NCBI GenBank assembly: GCA_031409275.1
Contig: JANNXA010000016.1
Location: 64,001-128,000, forward strand
Origin: Planctomycetota bacterium
Lineage (GTDB): Bacteria; Planctomycetota; B15-G4; SIAN01
Length of the DNA stretch: 64,000 nt
Direction of reading: 5' to 3'
The first letter of the stretch is position 1; each line of letters begins with the position of its first letter. The notes under the pieces are model-generated. The model searched no databases. It saw only the letters and a program-made list of their open reading frames with translations, and was not told the DNA's origin. A program made the translations under genes and the position numbers. This document shows positions 36,729 through 47,570 of the stretch, one piece after another.

Positions 36729-38195
36729 CTACGCGAGGATCTCGCGCAGGACCGTTCCGTGCACGTCGGTGAGCCGCCGCTCGATGCCGTTGTGGTACCA
36801 GCTGAGCCGTTGGTGATCGAGGCCGAGCAGATGGAGCAGCGTCGCGTGCAGGTCGTAGATGGTCGTCACGCCGTCGACCGCCTTCCAGCCGAAGTCGTCG
36901 GTGGCGCCGAAGCAAAACGGCGCTTTGACGCCCGCACCCGCAAGCCACACCGTGAACCCCTTCGGATTGTGGTCGCGACCGCTGGCCCCTTTCTGGAAGG
37001 TCGGCATGCGGCCGAACTCGGTGGTGAAGAGGACCAACGTCTCGTCGAGCAGTCCACGCTGCGCCAGGTCGTCGAGCAGCGCGGCGGCCGGCTGGTCGAG
37101 GATCGGCGCGTGGACGGCGTACTGCTCCGCGAGGTACTTGTGGCCATCCCAGTTGCCGACCCCTTCGCCCATCGCGTAGGAGCCATTGAAGAGCTGCACG
37201 AAACGGACGCCCGCTTCCAGCAGCCGGCGCGCCAGCACGCAGTTCTTCGCGAAGCCCGCCTTCAGCGCGTTGCCGTCGTCGCAACCGTAGGCGGCGCGCG
37301 TCGCGGCGCTCTCGGTGGAGAGGTCGCCGATCGCTGCCGCACGCAATTGCATGCGCCCCGCAAGTTCGAAGCTCGCGATGCGGGCCGCGAGATCGGCGTC
37401 GCCCGGGAAGCGCTCGAGCCGTTGCTGGTCGAGGCGACGGGTCAACGCGCGCGCGGCGTGATCGCTCGCTTCATCGAGGCCGGCGGGCCGCGCAAGATGT
37501 TCGATCGGCCGGTTCGCGCTGAACGGAGTGCCCTGGAAGACGGCGGGCAGGAACGCGCAGCCCCAGTGGTTGCCCATCGACTGCGGCAGTCCGCGCGGAT
37601 CGGGGATCGCCACGAACGCCGGGAGCTCTTCGCACTCGCTGCCGAGCGCGTAGCTCACCCAGGCCCCCATGCCTGGGAACCCCTCGAGCGTGAACCCGGT
37701 GCTCATCTGGTTCTCGCCCGGCCCGTGCGTGTTGCTCTTCGCGACCATGCCGTGGAGGAAGCACATGCGATCGACGTGGCGCGCGAGGTTTTTCAGCAGG
37801 TCGGACGTCCACTTGCCGCATTCGCCGCGCGGCGCGAACGACCACGGGCTGCGCGTGAGGTTGCCTTGCTCGCCCTGGAAGGTGACGAGTCCATCGCCGC
37901 CGGGGAGCGGTTGCCCGTCGCGCTTGTGGAGTTCCGGCTTCCAATCGAACGTGTCGAGGTGCGACAGCGCGCCCGAGCAGTAGATCACCAGCACCCGCTT
38001 GGCGCGCGGCGCGAAGTGAGGCGAGCGAGCGCGCAGCGGTGCCGACGGATCGATGCTCGGACGGATCGGCGAGCCGTCGTCCAGGCGAGCGGCGGGCCAC
38101 GGCGCCGCACCGCGCGCACGCTCGGCGAGCAGGGCCGCCAACGCGATCTGCGCCAGACCGTTCGCGCCGGAAGCGAGGAAGTCGCGTCGATTCAT
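36729..38195 (-). CDS. DUF1501 (sulfatase-like) Tat-exported protein
   Basis: MNRRDFL Tat motif; AKRVLVIYCSGALSHLDTFDWKP, LARRLLEAGVRFVQL, WDGH, EFGRMP, GRDHNP, DLHATLLHLLG. Confidence 0.95.
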   Translation of the reverse strand: MNRRDFLASGANGLAQIALAALLAERARGAAPWPAARLDDGSPIRPSIDPSAPLRARSPHFAPRAKRVLVIYCSGALSHLDTFDWKPELHKRDGQPLPGGDGLVTFQGEQGNLTRSPWSFAPRGECGKWTSDLLKNLARHVDRMCFLHGMVAKSNTHGPGENQMSTGFTLEGFPGMGAWVSYALGSECEELPAFVAIPDPRGLPQSMGNHWGCAFLPAVFQGTPFSANRPIEHLARPAGLDEASDHAARALTRRLDQQRLERFPGDADLAARIASFELAGRMQLRAAAIGDLSTESAATRAAYGCDDGNALKAGFAKNCVLARRLLEAGVRFVQLFNGSYAMGEGVGNWDGHKYLAEQYAVHAPILDQPAAALLDDLAQRGLLDETLVLFTTEFGRMPTFQKGASGRDHNPKGFTVWLAGAGVKAPFCFGATDDFGWKAVDGVTTIYDLHATLLHLLGLDHQRLSWYHNGIERRLTDVHGTVLREILA

Positions 38196-38214
38196 CGGCA
38201 GCCTCGAGGGCACG

Positions 38215-40893
38215 TCATTCGATCCACAGGAACTCGCTGGCCGCGAGCAGCGCGCGGCAGCACGTCGCAAGGCCGTGGTCGCGCGCCACGGCGACCGCCT
38301 CGGCGCGTTCCGCGCCACTCGAAGCGCGGCCGAACGCCGATTCGAAGGCGCGCCCCACCTGCGCCTCGAGATCGCCGGGCCGCTCGCGCTCGAGCCGCGC
38401 CGCGAAGCGCTGCGCGACGTCGATCACGAAGGGCGAGTGCGTCAGCGCGAGCGCCTGCAGCGGCGTGATCGCGCTGCCGCGGCGCGGGCAGGGCTGGCCG
38501 CCGTCGGGCAGGTCGAACGTCGCGAAGGTCGGTTCGGGATGCATGCGCACGCGCTGCAGGTAGATCGTGCGACGGAAGTCGGAGCGATCGAACTCGAGCT
38601 TCGGCTCGTAGACGCGCACGTAGTTGTCATTTCGCGCGAAGGGCGAGGCGCTCGGCCCGCCCATCGTCAGGTCGAGCGCGCCCGCGACCGCGAGCATCGA
38701 GTCGCGAATCGCTTCCGCCGGAAGGCGGCGCGGCGCGAAGCGCCACAGCCAGCGACCGCCGGCGTCGGCGGCCTGCGCATCGGCGCGCGGCGCGCTCGCC
38801 TGCCGATAGGTCGCGGACAGCAGCAGTCGCCGATGCAACGCCTTCATGCTGCCGCCGCTCGCAACGAAGTCGCACGCCAGCGTGTCGAGCAGTTCGGGAT
38901 GGCTTGGCCGCGTGCCCATCGCGCCGAAGTCGCTCGGCGTCTCGACGAGGCCGCGCCCGAAGTGGTGCTGCCAGATCCGATTGACCATCACGCGCGCCGG
39001 CAGCGGGTTGCCAGGCGCGACGATCCACTCGGCCAGCGCGCGCCGTCGCGCGGGCTCGCCGGCGTCCGGAGCGAGCACGAACGGAACGTCGATCCGCACG
39101 AGGCCGCCGGGCGCGACCGCTTCGCGCGGCTCCATCGGGTTGCCGCGCTCGAGGAGATGGGTTTCGGCCGGCATCGCAGCGAAACGGCCGGCGAAGAGCG
39201 TCGGCTCCGGTCCGCGCGGCGGACGGCGGTCGTCCGAACTCGCGACGATGCGCCAGCCGACGCCATCGACGAGCGCCTCGATGCGGTAGGCGGTGGCCAC
39301 TCGATCGCGGTACGTCCCGGTCCGATCGCGCCCCCACGAGACGGTGTCGATGGCGGTCGGTCGCGCGAACTCGATCTCGACCCAGCCCTCACGCTCGGCG
39401 GGAATCCAGCTCCAGTCGTTGCCGTAGCGGCCGTCATTCACGTGGTCGAGCGTGTGGCGCGGATTGCCGACGTAGACGCTCGACGCACGCGCGACGGCGC
39501 CCTGCGACGCCAACGCGACGTTTGCGCGCGTCGTGCCGGCGTCGGTCGCCGGTTCGCCGACGGAGAGCACCTCGATCTCGTCGAGGCACGGCTCGGCGTC
39601 GCTGGAGGCGAGGACGGTGAAGCGCACGCGCGTCGCCACGATGGGCGCGAAGCGGTCGACGTTCTGCTCCGGCGCGACCGGCTCGCGACCCGGCAGCGCG
39701 CCGACGACGGCCGCGCCGCGCCATGGCCGGCTCGCCAGTTCGACTCCGGCGAAGCAGGCGCGCAACGCGTAGTAGTCGCGCTGATCGATCGGGTCGAACT
39801 TGTGGTCGTGGCACTTCGCGCAACCGACGGTGAGGCCGAGCAGCGCGGCGCTGGTCGTCGCGACCATGCCATGCAGCTCGTCGTCGCGCTGGACGGCGGT
39901 CAGCTCAGGATCGGGGCTCTTCACCTCGTCCCACGCGCCTGCGACGAGGAATCCCGTCGCCGCATCGGCTCCAAGCTGATCGCCGGCCAGCTGCGCGCGG
40001 ACGAAGTCGGTGAACGGCAGGTCGCGATTGAACGCCGCGATCACCCAGTCGCGATAAGGCCACGCATTGGCGCGCGGCTGGTTCATCTCGAAACCGTGCG
40101 TCTCGGCGAAACGCACCACGTCGAGCCAATCGACCGCGCAACGCTCGCCGTAGTGCGCCGACGCCAGCAGTCGGTCGATGCAGCGCACATACGCGCCGTC
40201 GAGGTCGACGCGCGCGTCGGCAACGAAGGCCGCGACCTCCTCGGGAGTCGGCGGCAACCCGGTCACGTCGAGCGTCGCGCGGCGAATCAGCGTGCGCGCA
40301 TCGGCCTCCGGCGAAGGCGCGAGACCGGCCGCCGCCAGCGACGCCGCGACGAACGCATCGAGCGGATCGCGGACGAAGCGGGCGAAGGGTGGCGAGTCGG
40401 GGGGCGGCGGCGCGGGCGATGCGCGCGGCAGCGCGAAGGCCCAGGTGTCGGGAAGCTCGTTGGTGGCGGCGACGGCATCGGTCACCGCGACGCCCTCGGG
40501 CCACGGCGCGCCGCCGCGGATCCAGCTCTCGAACGCGGCGACCGTCTCCTCTTCGAGCGCATGCGACGGTGGCATCTGCAGCTTCGCGTCGCTGCGGCGC
40601 AGCGCCTCGATCAGCGTGCTCGCCGCGGGATCGCCGGCGACGATCGCCGCGCCGCGCTTGCCGCCACGCAGCAGCGCCGCGCGCGAATCGACGCGCAGTC
40701 CGCTGCGCTGCTTCACGGGCCCGTGGCAACGAACGCACTCGCTCGTGAGCGTCGGCACGACGTGCGCCGCGAACGCCTCGGCGGCGGCCTGCACAGCGAC
40801 CTCGTCCTGCCCGCTCGCGCGGGCGAGCGGCACGAGCGTCGCCACCATCGCGGCGAGCGACCGGCGAAGGAGAAAGAGATGCGGCGCAGTCAC
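38215..40893 (-). CDS. Planctomycete cytochrome c (PSCyt1) + DUF1549 + DUF1553/PSD1 protein with discoidin-like insert
   Basis: CVRCH, LIRRATLDVTGLPP, YGER..WLDVVRFAET, AWPYRDWVI, CAKCHDHKFDP, NPLPARVMVNRIWQHHFGRG, PSHPELLD. Confidence 0.95.
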   Translation of the reverse strand: MTAPHLFLLRRSLAAMVATLVPLARASGQDEVAVQAAAEAFAAHVVPTLTSECVRCHGPVKQRSGLRVDSRAALLRGGKRGAAIVAGDPAASTLIEALRRSDAKLQMPPSHALEEETVAAFESWIRGGAPWPEGVAVTDAVAATNELPDTWAFALPRASPAPPPPDSPPFARFVRDPLDAFVAASLAAAGLAPSPEADARTLIRRATLDVTGLPPTPEEVAAFVADARVDLDGAYVRCIDRLLASAHYGERCAVDWLDVVRFAETHGFEMNQPRANAWPYRDWVIAAFNRDLPFTDFVRAQLAGDQLGADAATGFLVAGAWDEVKSPDPELTAVQRDDELHGMVATTSAALLGLTVGCAKCHDHKFDPIDQRDYYALRACFAGVELASRPWRGAAVVGALPGREPVAPEQNVDRFAPIVATRVRFTVLASSDAEPCLDEIEVLSVGEPATDAGTTRANVALASQGAVARASSVYVGNPRHTLDHVNDGRYGNDWSWIPAEREGWVEIEFARPTAIDTVSWGRDRTGTYRDRVATAYRIEALVDGVGWRIVASSDDRRPPRGPEPTLFAGRFAAMPAETHLLERGNPMEPREAVAPGGLVRIDVPFVLAPDAGEPARRRALAEWIVAPGNPLPARVMVNRIWQHHFGRGLVETPSDFGAMGTRPSHPELLDTLACDFVASGGSMKALHRRLLLSATYRQASAPRADAQAADAGGRWLWRFAPRRLPAEAIRDSMLAVAGALDLTMGGPSASPFARNDNYVRVYEPKLEFDRSDFRRTIYLQRVRMHPEPTFATFDLPDGGQPCPRRGSAITPLQALALTHSPFVIDVAQRFAARLERERPGDLEAQVGRAFESAFGRASSGAERAEAVAVARDHGLATCCRALLAASEFLWIE

Positions 40894-40947
40894 GCCGAGA
40901 TCATCGCCGCATCGCTTCCGCTCGCAAGAGCCCGCGCCGAAGTCGCG

Positions 40948-43900
40948 TCATTGCGTTGGCGGCGCGACGTCGCGGATCACGGCACCGCGCTGCTCGTGCA
41001 GCACCAGCACGGCGTAACGCGTCGCGCCGGCATTGGGGTCGTCGGAAACGGAGGCGTAGTCGAAACGGCCGCGCAGGTCGGTGTAGCCATCCTTGTGGAA
41101 GCGGACCTCGCCACTGGGGAGCTTCGCGAAGACCTTCACGTAGGTCCTCGGCAGCGGCGTCTTCGTGCCCGGCTCGCTGACCGTGACCTGGCCGTAGGAC
41201 TCGAGGAAGCGCACATCGAGCGCGTTGGCGAAGTAGGTGCGCGAACGGACGATCCCGCCGCCCCGCACTTCGACGAGGACGTTCTGCTGGTGGAACTCCT
41301 TGGGCAGCTCGATCACGAGCTCCGGCTGCTCCTTGCGCAGCTCCACCGCATCGCGGCGCGTCGGCTGGACGAATGCGGCCGAGCCTCCGCCTTCCTCGGC
41401 GAAGGGCTGCGCCGAGAAGGCGAACTCGACGTCGATCACGTAGTAGCTGACCTCGCATCGCGCGAGGTTCTGGGAACGGAGCAGCAGGTTCTTGCCTTCG
41501 ACGGCAAGCTCGAGTGCCGGCGCCGTCGCCGCCAGCGCATCCGCCGTCGGCTCGCCGCTCACCACCGCCGTCTTGCCCTCCGCCTCGTCGAGCTGCCCCA
41601 GCACGTCGGCGAATCGGGCCTGCCAATGCGGGACCGGGAAGGCTCGGTAGCGCTCGGCGATGCCGCGCGCCTTGCTCGCGTCGCCGGTGAAGAAGCAGAG
41701 GTAGGCCGAGAGGTAGTCGTACTGGATCTTCTCGTGCACCTGCGCCGCATCGACCTTCGCGAACGCGGCGAGCGCCTCCTCGACGCGGTCCTGGAGCAGG
41801 AGGTAGCAGGTGACGGCCAACCACTCCTCGCTGTCGAGCTTCGGCTGGTAGCCGAGCAGCGTCGTCAGCGCGGCGTACTGGCGCGCGAGGTCGGCGTTGC
41901 CGATGACGCGCTGGCTGCCGAGCCGATGAGCCCGCGCGTACACCAGCGGATCGAGCTCGAGCTGCTGGTACCGGCGACGTTCGACGGGATCGAGCGAGAC
42001 GAGCGGCGACTCGATCGCCATGCCGCAGTTCTGCAGGAAGCCGTCCGCGTGACGCAGGTACTCGCGCGCGGCGACGGCATCGCGATGGAGGATGCTGTAG
42101 CTCCACAGCGTGTCGTCGTAGACGTGGCGTGCCCGCAACGAGACGAGCAGCGTCTGGAAGAACTCGCGATCCTTCATGCGCCACGCGAGCTTGCCGAGCT
42201 CGAGGTTCTGCACGTTGTGGCGGTCGAGGAAGCCGAGCACTTCCGCCGCGCTGCCCTGTTGTGACACGTGCTCCCACGAGGTGGTGTCGATCTTCGTGGC
42301 GGTCGGGACGACGTGGAGCGTGCGCGCGCTGGCGGCGGCCGCCAGCTTGCCCTTCTCCGAGGCGTGCGCTGGATAGTGGGCGAAGTCGCCGGAAGCGGGG
42401 AAATAGAAGGCGTACTCCAGCGACGCCGTCGCGTACGGCGCGAGCTCGACGGCGACACCTTTGGTCCAGAAGCCCTTCTGCAACGGGAGCGAGCCAGCGG
42501 GGATCTGCAGCAACACCTCGGTGGTGCGCTTGCTCGAGGTCGGATTGGTGACCACGACCTGGCAGCCGTACGCGACGTCGACCAGGAACTCGTCGGTCAC
42601 GAAGGCATCGCGGCGCTCGCCCCCCTCGAAGCGATAGCGATCATCGACGCGGAAGAAGTTCTCGCCGAGCAGCAGCGGTGCGACGTCCGCGGCGACTTCC
42701 GTCTTCTGCACCTCCTTGCGCACCAGCAACAGCGGCGTTGCGGCGCGCAGCGTGCGTCGGTCGCCATCGGCGACGACCTCGTGCGCACCCGCCTCGAAGG
42801 GCAGGTCGAGCAGCGAGAGCGCGAACATCATCTCGAGGAAGCTGCCACCGGTCTCGACGATCGCCGGTGAGACGAACGGCTGGCCCGCCGGCGCCATGGC
42901 GTAGTCGAGCCAGAATCGGTTGGGCGCCACGACGTCGCCGCCGCTCTCCTCGAGGCGACGATGCCAGTAGTGGTGCTCGGCGAAGAGCTTGGTCGGCTCG
43001 ACGGCGCGGTAGAGCCGGCGCACGAGGCCACGCTGATCGCTCTCGGCCGCGAGCGCCCTGCCTTCGAACTCCTTGTCCTGCACGACCTCTTCCAACTTCT
43101 CGAGGGTCTCGGGCTCACTCGACTTCTTCTCCTTGGCGTCGATCCGCGCGTCCTTCGCCGCCGCCGCGTCCGCCTTCGGGGCATCCTCCGATTCGAAGCG
43201 GTCCGCTGCCGACTCCGCGGGCATCGCCGCGGCGGGCGCGCCGGGCGGCGTCATTGGTGCCCTGAACTTCACGATGCCTGACTGCGGCTCCGCGAGCTCG
43301 TTGCTCTTCAATGCGAGATCGAACAGGCGATCGAGCCGTTCGCGATCGACGGGCCGCAGTTCGAGCTGCTCCTTCACGAGCCGAGCCACCGCGTCGCGCT
43401 CGCTGCCGCCGAGACGCTGCGCCAACAGCAGCCTCTCGACGAGGTTCAACTGGGCGAACGACCAGGTTTCGAGGTAGCCGCGCAGGTCATCGCCCAGCAG
43501 CCAGTGGTCGAGGAACGTCCACTCGCGCTTGTTGGCGAGGAACGGCTTCACCACCGCGCCGAAGAACTCGGGGTCCTTGCGTGACAGGAAGAAGTGGAGC
43601 TCGTGGCAGGCGTGCTGGCTGTAGAGCTCCTGCTTGCGAGCCGGCGTGAGCTTCGGCCACTCGAGCAGGAACGCGAACTCCGCCAGCGCCGCGTCCTGGC
43701 TGACCGTCGTCAGCAGCCGGTAGACGCTCGCGATCGAGTCGTAGATCTCGACCTCCGCGCTGCGCGCGTCGCCGAGCACGCTGGTCGCCCCGCCGGCAAC
43801 GAACTCGATGCGCTTCTGCTCGATGAAGTGCTGCGCACCATCGAGCGCCGTCGGCAGGTGGCGCGCGCGGGGAAGCAGCGGCTTCTCCGCGAGGACGAGC

Positions 43901-46900
43901 GAGTCGTAGATCGCCTCGTCACCGTCGATCGCGACGACGTGGACGATCTGGCCCTCGCCGAGTTCGGCGCGCGCGACATGCACGACGCCGTCGGGACCGG
44001 GAACGAGGTTGGTCAGCGTCGTCGAACCGCGCGGGAGGTAGTCGAGGTTCGCGAACGTGCCGGGATGCGGCGTCTGTCCAGGTCCGCCGCTGCTCGGTCC
44101 GCCCTCGCCCCTGCGCCGCATCCCCGCCGAACCGCCACGACGGCCGTACTTGCCGCCGCTGCCGCCGCCGGCGCCGATGGCGGCGTTCCACGAATCGTCG
44201 TCGATCGCCCACGGATTCAGCAGCAGGCTCGGCCGACGCAACATGTTGCCGGCGTACTTGGTCTGGAAGCGGCGCTCGAGCACGTAGCGGTACTCATCAC
44301 CGAGTTGGCGGCCGGCGTGGTAGCTGCTCTCGAGCAGCTCACCCTCCATCGCTTGCAATGGCGGCGACGCGACGCCGCCAAGTCGCTCGAACGGATCGAA
44401 CGGCGGCGTGAAACGAGTCACCGTGACGTGGGCGCGCGTGCCCGGCGTGATGTTCACGAGGCGAATCTGCAGCTCATCGCCCGCGACCTCGATCGCGCGC
44501 AGCTGCAGCGGCCGCGACTGGCTTGCCTGGAGCATGCGATCGGCGCCGAGCAGCCAGCCCCCATCGCGGTCGCCCTTCGTCACGCGGACGAGGATCGACT
44601 GCTCGCTCTCGTGGAGCAGCAGTCGATAGTCGCCAGGCGCCAGGTCGCGCAGCTCGAGGAACCCACCCGCGAGTGCAAGGTGGGAGAACTCGTCGCGCTC
44701 GTGGCCAAGCAGCGAGAACTCGCCGTGCGTCGGTGACGTGGCCTTGCCCTGATACGGGACGCGCAGCACCTCGCCGGCGCTGGCGTGGAGCACGGTTGGC
44801 AAACGGCTGCGCGCACCGATCAGCGCGAAGGTGCCCGCGAAGCCCGACGGCTGCTGCACGCTGACCGAGTCGATGCCGGGAAGCGCGCCGAGCGCGATGC
44901 GGCCGGTCGCGTCGCTCTGCAGCGCGACGTCGATCGAGTCGCGGAAGTCGCGATGACGCAGCGCCACCTGGCAGGTCTGGCCCGCCTGGCGCTCGCCATC
45001 CTTGCCGCGCATCTCCAGCACGTAGCCCTCGGTCGTGCGCAGCAGCAACACGCTGCCCGTCGCCGCCGTGAAGTCGATGCCGTTCACCGCGAAGAACTGC
45101 GGCGGCGCTGTCAGCGCGACCTCCTTGCCGGCGAGGTCGCGCACGGTGCCGCGCAGGCTCACCTGCAGCGAGGCAAGCCGCTCGGGCACCCGGATCTCGT
45201 GCACGAGTTCGCGGTCGTCCGCGAGCTTGAGGTCGCGCACTTCCTGCGGCGTCGACAGGCCGTCGAGGTCGGTGGCGACGATGGAGAGGATCGGGTCGGC
45301 GAGCAGCTTCAGCGCGACCGCGTGGTCCGACAGTCGAAGTTGCGGGCGCACGACGATGCGCGCCTTCTGGCCGGCGATCAACGCTTCGCGGTCGACGTAG
45401 ACGCCCGCGTGCAGCGCATAGCTCTCTTCGCGATGGTCGAACTGCGCCAGCGTCGAACGAATGCCCTGGTGCAGCACGATCGATTTGCTGCCGGGCGCCG
45501 TCGAGAACGGCAGCAGGATCTCGCCGTTCGCATCGGCTCCGTACTCGCGCCCGCCGAACCAGACGGCAGCGTCCTTCAGATGGCGCCCCGCCTCGTCGTA
45601 GATCCGGAACAGCTGACCGGCCGCCGCGGTGCGTTCGACGTAGCGCAGGCCGCCCTTGTGGATCACCGCGCGGCTGCTGATGCCATTGCCGACCAGCTCG
45701 ACGACGTAGGTGCCGGGATTGGCGAGCATCGGCAGCTCCAGCGTCCGTCGCACTCGGCGCAGAGGCAGGTCGCTGTAGGTCAGCGTCTGCTCGACGTTCG
45801 CGACGATGCCATCGAGCTCGATCGAGGCGTCGACCTCCTTCTGCTTCTCCACGTGGTAGCGGTAGCTGTCGATCGCGAAGACCTTCACCAGCAGCGTCGG
45901 CACGTTCTTGGTGTCGACCGCGAGCGAGACGGCGTCACCTGCCGCGTAACGCGTGCGCTGAGTAGGCGGGAACGCGATCTCGACACGCCGCTCGAGCTGC
46001 ACGAGCCGCTGCGGGTCGTTCAGCAGCGCCGCCCACCGCTCCATCGCACCCTGTCCGAGCAGGATCTTCGTTTCGGCGAGGACCCCCTTCAGCCAGTCGC
46101 TGTCGAGATAGTCGGCGTACGCCTCGTAGCCGTCTTCGCGCACGAAGAACTGCTCGAGGCAGGCGCGCACGAGCGCTTCGTCGTCGCCGATCGGCGGCAG
46201 CTCGGTCGGGTAGTCGCTGCTCGGATCGACGGACGGCTCGATGCGCGCGAGCCGCTGCACGTACTCCTTGTTCGGATGGCCGCTCTTGCGCGGAAGCCGG
46301 ATGTAGGCGAGGAAGCGCTCCTTGTCAGGCGCGCCCTGAGTCAGATCGTGCTGCAGCCAATGGAACAGCACGTGGGCCTTCAGCGAGTTGTGCGCCGGAG
46401 ACAGCCGCTGCGCGAACTCCCAGAGACGCGCCAGTTGGGTCGCGCGAGCGGTCGGGTCGGACTGCCAATCGGTGTCGGCGCCAGGCTGCAGCCGAACAAG
46501 GTAGGCCTGGACGAACTTCGGCTCGTTCTGGAGCTTGGGGCGCAGTCGCAGGCACTCCTCGAGTTGCTCGCGGCGGAGCTCCGAGTGGATCGGCAGCGAG
46601 CCGAAGCCGGAGCTCGAACGGTTCTCGAGGTCGCGAACGATCAGTGCGGGAAGGTTGGCGACGTCCGGCCTTCGCAGGCGCGCGAGCAGGCTGCGCAGCG
46701 CGTCGTCGCCGAGGTTCGTCGCGGCGAGCGCGGCCAACGCATGATCGGTGAAGCCATCGACGGTGCCCGAATAGCGTGCGAGCGCTTGCGCCGAGAGAGC
46801 GGTCACGGAGAGAGTCTGCGGATCGAGCGCGGTCGGCAGATCGGAGCGCTCCCCCGGCACCACGCGCTGGTGGTTCCACTGCAGCCCGAGGCGATCGCGC

Positions 46901-47238
46901 AGGAAGTCGTACGTGCGCGCGGCGTTCGCGGCGAAGCTCAGGAGCGCTTCGCGATTCTCGATCTCGATCACGCGCTGCGAGCGGCCGTAGCGCTGGATCC
47001 AGGTCGGCAGGATCTTGCGCACGCTGTCGAAGTCGCCGGCGTCGAGGCGCTCGCGACAGCTGTAGTAGTAGGACTCCTCGCTGCCGGGGATCAGCGTTGC
47101 GACGACCTTGGCGCGATCGGGCGCGAGCGCGTAGGTCTCGTCGAAACCGACCGGGGTCCCTTGCGCCGCAGCGGTGGCAGGGAGCGCCGCGAGGAGGCAA
47201 AGCGCGAGGCGACGATCGAGGCTCATCGAGAGACGCAT
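40948..47238 (-). CDS. Very large secreted protein (about 2100 aa), alpha-2-macroglobulin-like architecture
   Basis: Signal peptide (RRLALCLLAALPATAAAQ); helical N-terminus; MG-like beta-sandwich segments (PGTYVVELVGNG, LEYAFYFPASG); C-terminal YVKVFAK...FHKDGYTDLRGRFDYAS. Start is 47238 or 47226. Confidence 0.6.
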   Translation of the reverse strand: MRLSMSLDRRLALCLLAALPATAAAQGTPVGFDETYALAPDRAKVVATLIPGSEESYYYSCRERLDAGDFDSVRKILPTWIQRYGRSQRVIEIENREALLSFAANAARTYDFLRDRLGLQWNHQRVVPGERSDLPTALDPQTLSVTALSAQALARYSGTVDGFTDHALAALAATNLGDDALRSLLARLRRPDVANLPALIVRDLENRSSSGFGSLPIHSELRREQLEECLRLRPKLQNEPKFVQAYLVRLQPGADTDWQSDPTARATQLARLWEFAQRLSPAHNSLKAHVLFHWLQHDLTQGAPDKERFLAYIRLPRKSGHPNKEYVQRLARIEPSVDPSSDYPTELPPIGDDEALVRACLEQFFVREDGYEAYADYLDSDWLKGVLAETKILLGQGAMERWAALLNDPQRLVQLERRVEIAFPPTQRTRYAAGDAVSLAVDTKNVPTLLVKVFAIDSYRYHVEKQKEVDASIELDGIVANVEQTLTYSDLPLRRVRRTLELPMLANPGTYVVELVGNGISSRAVIHKGGLRYVERTAAAGQLFRIYDEAGRHLKDAAVWFGGREYGADANGEILLPFSTAPGSKSIVLHQGIRSTLAQFDHREESYALHAGVYVDREALIAGQKARIVVRPQLRLSDHAVALKLLADPILSIVATDLDGLSTPQEVRDLKLADDRELVHEIRVPERLASLQVSLRGTVRDLAGKEVALTAPPQFFAVNGIDFTAATGSVLLLRTTEGYVLEMRGKDGERQAGQTCQVALRHRDFRDSIDVALQSDATGRIALGALPGIDSVSVQQPSGFAGTFALIGARSRLPTVLHASAGEVLRVPYQGKATSPTHGEFSLLGHERDEFSHLALAGGFLELRDLAPGDYRLLLHESEQSILVRVTKGDRDGGWLLGADRMLQASQSRPLQLRAIEVAGDELQIRLVNITPGTRAHVTVTRFTPPFDPFERLGGVASPPLQAMEGELLESSYHAGRQLGDEYRYVLERRFQTKYAGNMLRRPSLLLNPWAIDDDSWNAAIGAGGGSGGKYGRRGGSAGMRRRGEGGPSSGGPGQTPHPGTFANLDYLPRGSTTLTNLVPGPDGVVHVARAELGEGQIVHVVAIDGDEAIYDSLVLAEKPLLPRARHLPTALDGAQHFIEQKRIEFVAGGATSVLGDARSAEVEIYDSIASVYRLLTTVSQDAALAEFAFLLEWPKLTPARKQELYSQHACHELHFFLSRKDPEFFGAVVKPFLANKREWTFLDHWLLGDDLRGYLETWSFAQLNLVERLLLAQRLGGSERDAVARLVKEQLELRPVDRERLDRLFDLALKSNELAEPQSGIVKFRAPMTPPGAPAAAMPAESAADRFESEDAPKADAAAAKDARIDAKEKKSSEPETLEKLEEVVQDKEFEGRALAAESDQRGLVRRLYRAVEPTKLFAEHHYWHRRLEESGGDVVAPNRFWLDYAMAPAGQPFVSPAIVETGGSFLEMMFALSLLDLPFEAGAHEVVADGDRRTLRAATPLLLVRKEVQKTEVAADVAPLLLGENFFRVDDRYRFEGGERRDAFVTDEFLVDVAYGCQVVVTNPTSSKRTTEVLLQIPAGSLPLQKGFWTKGVAVELAPYATASLEYAFYFPASGDFAHYPAHASEKGKLAAAASARTLHVVPTATKIDTTSWEHVSQQGSAAEVLGFLDRHNVQNLELGKLAWRMKDREFFQTLLVSLRARHVYDDTLWSYSILHRDAVAAREYLRHADGFLQNCGMAIESPLVSLDPVERRRYQQLELDPLVYARAHRLGSQRVIGNADLARQYAALTTLLGYQPKLDSEEWLAVTCYLLLQDRVEEALAAFAKVDAAQVHEKIQYDYLSAYLCFFTGDASKARGIAERYRAFPVPHWQARFADVLGQLDEAEGKTAVVSGEPTADALAATAPALELAVEGKNLLLRSQNLARCEVSYYVIDVEFAFSAQPFAEEGGGSAAFVQPTRRDAVELRKEQPELVIELPKEFHQQNVLVEVRGGGIVRSRTYFANALDVRFLESYGQVTVSEPGTKTPLPRTYVKVFAKLPSGEVRFHKDGYTDLRGRFDYASVSDDPNAGATRYAVLVLHEQRGAVIRDVAPPTQ

Positions 47239-47570
47239 GACAGCTCCAGCACGTGGGCGGTGCGACATCGTGGCAACGGCGCGGACCGAGGTCGGCTCAT
47301 TCGATTCTGCCGTCGAGCGCGAGAATCCTTCGGAGCGCGTTGCGCCGAGCCGCGCCGACTTCCCGAACCGGTGGTTCGACCTGCGGGCCGCTCGCCAGTT
47401 CCCACCGCTCGCGTCGCCGCGAGTCCCGCCCGCGGATTTCGAGTCGGGACGAGGAGCCGGTTCGAAGCCAACTCCCCGGTGATTGGTCGAGAGCCGCGGA
47501 CGAAGCACCGGCTCGAAAGACGCCGCCGGGCGACGCGGAGAGTTCGCCGACGGGCGCTAGCCTCAGCGCG

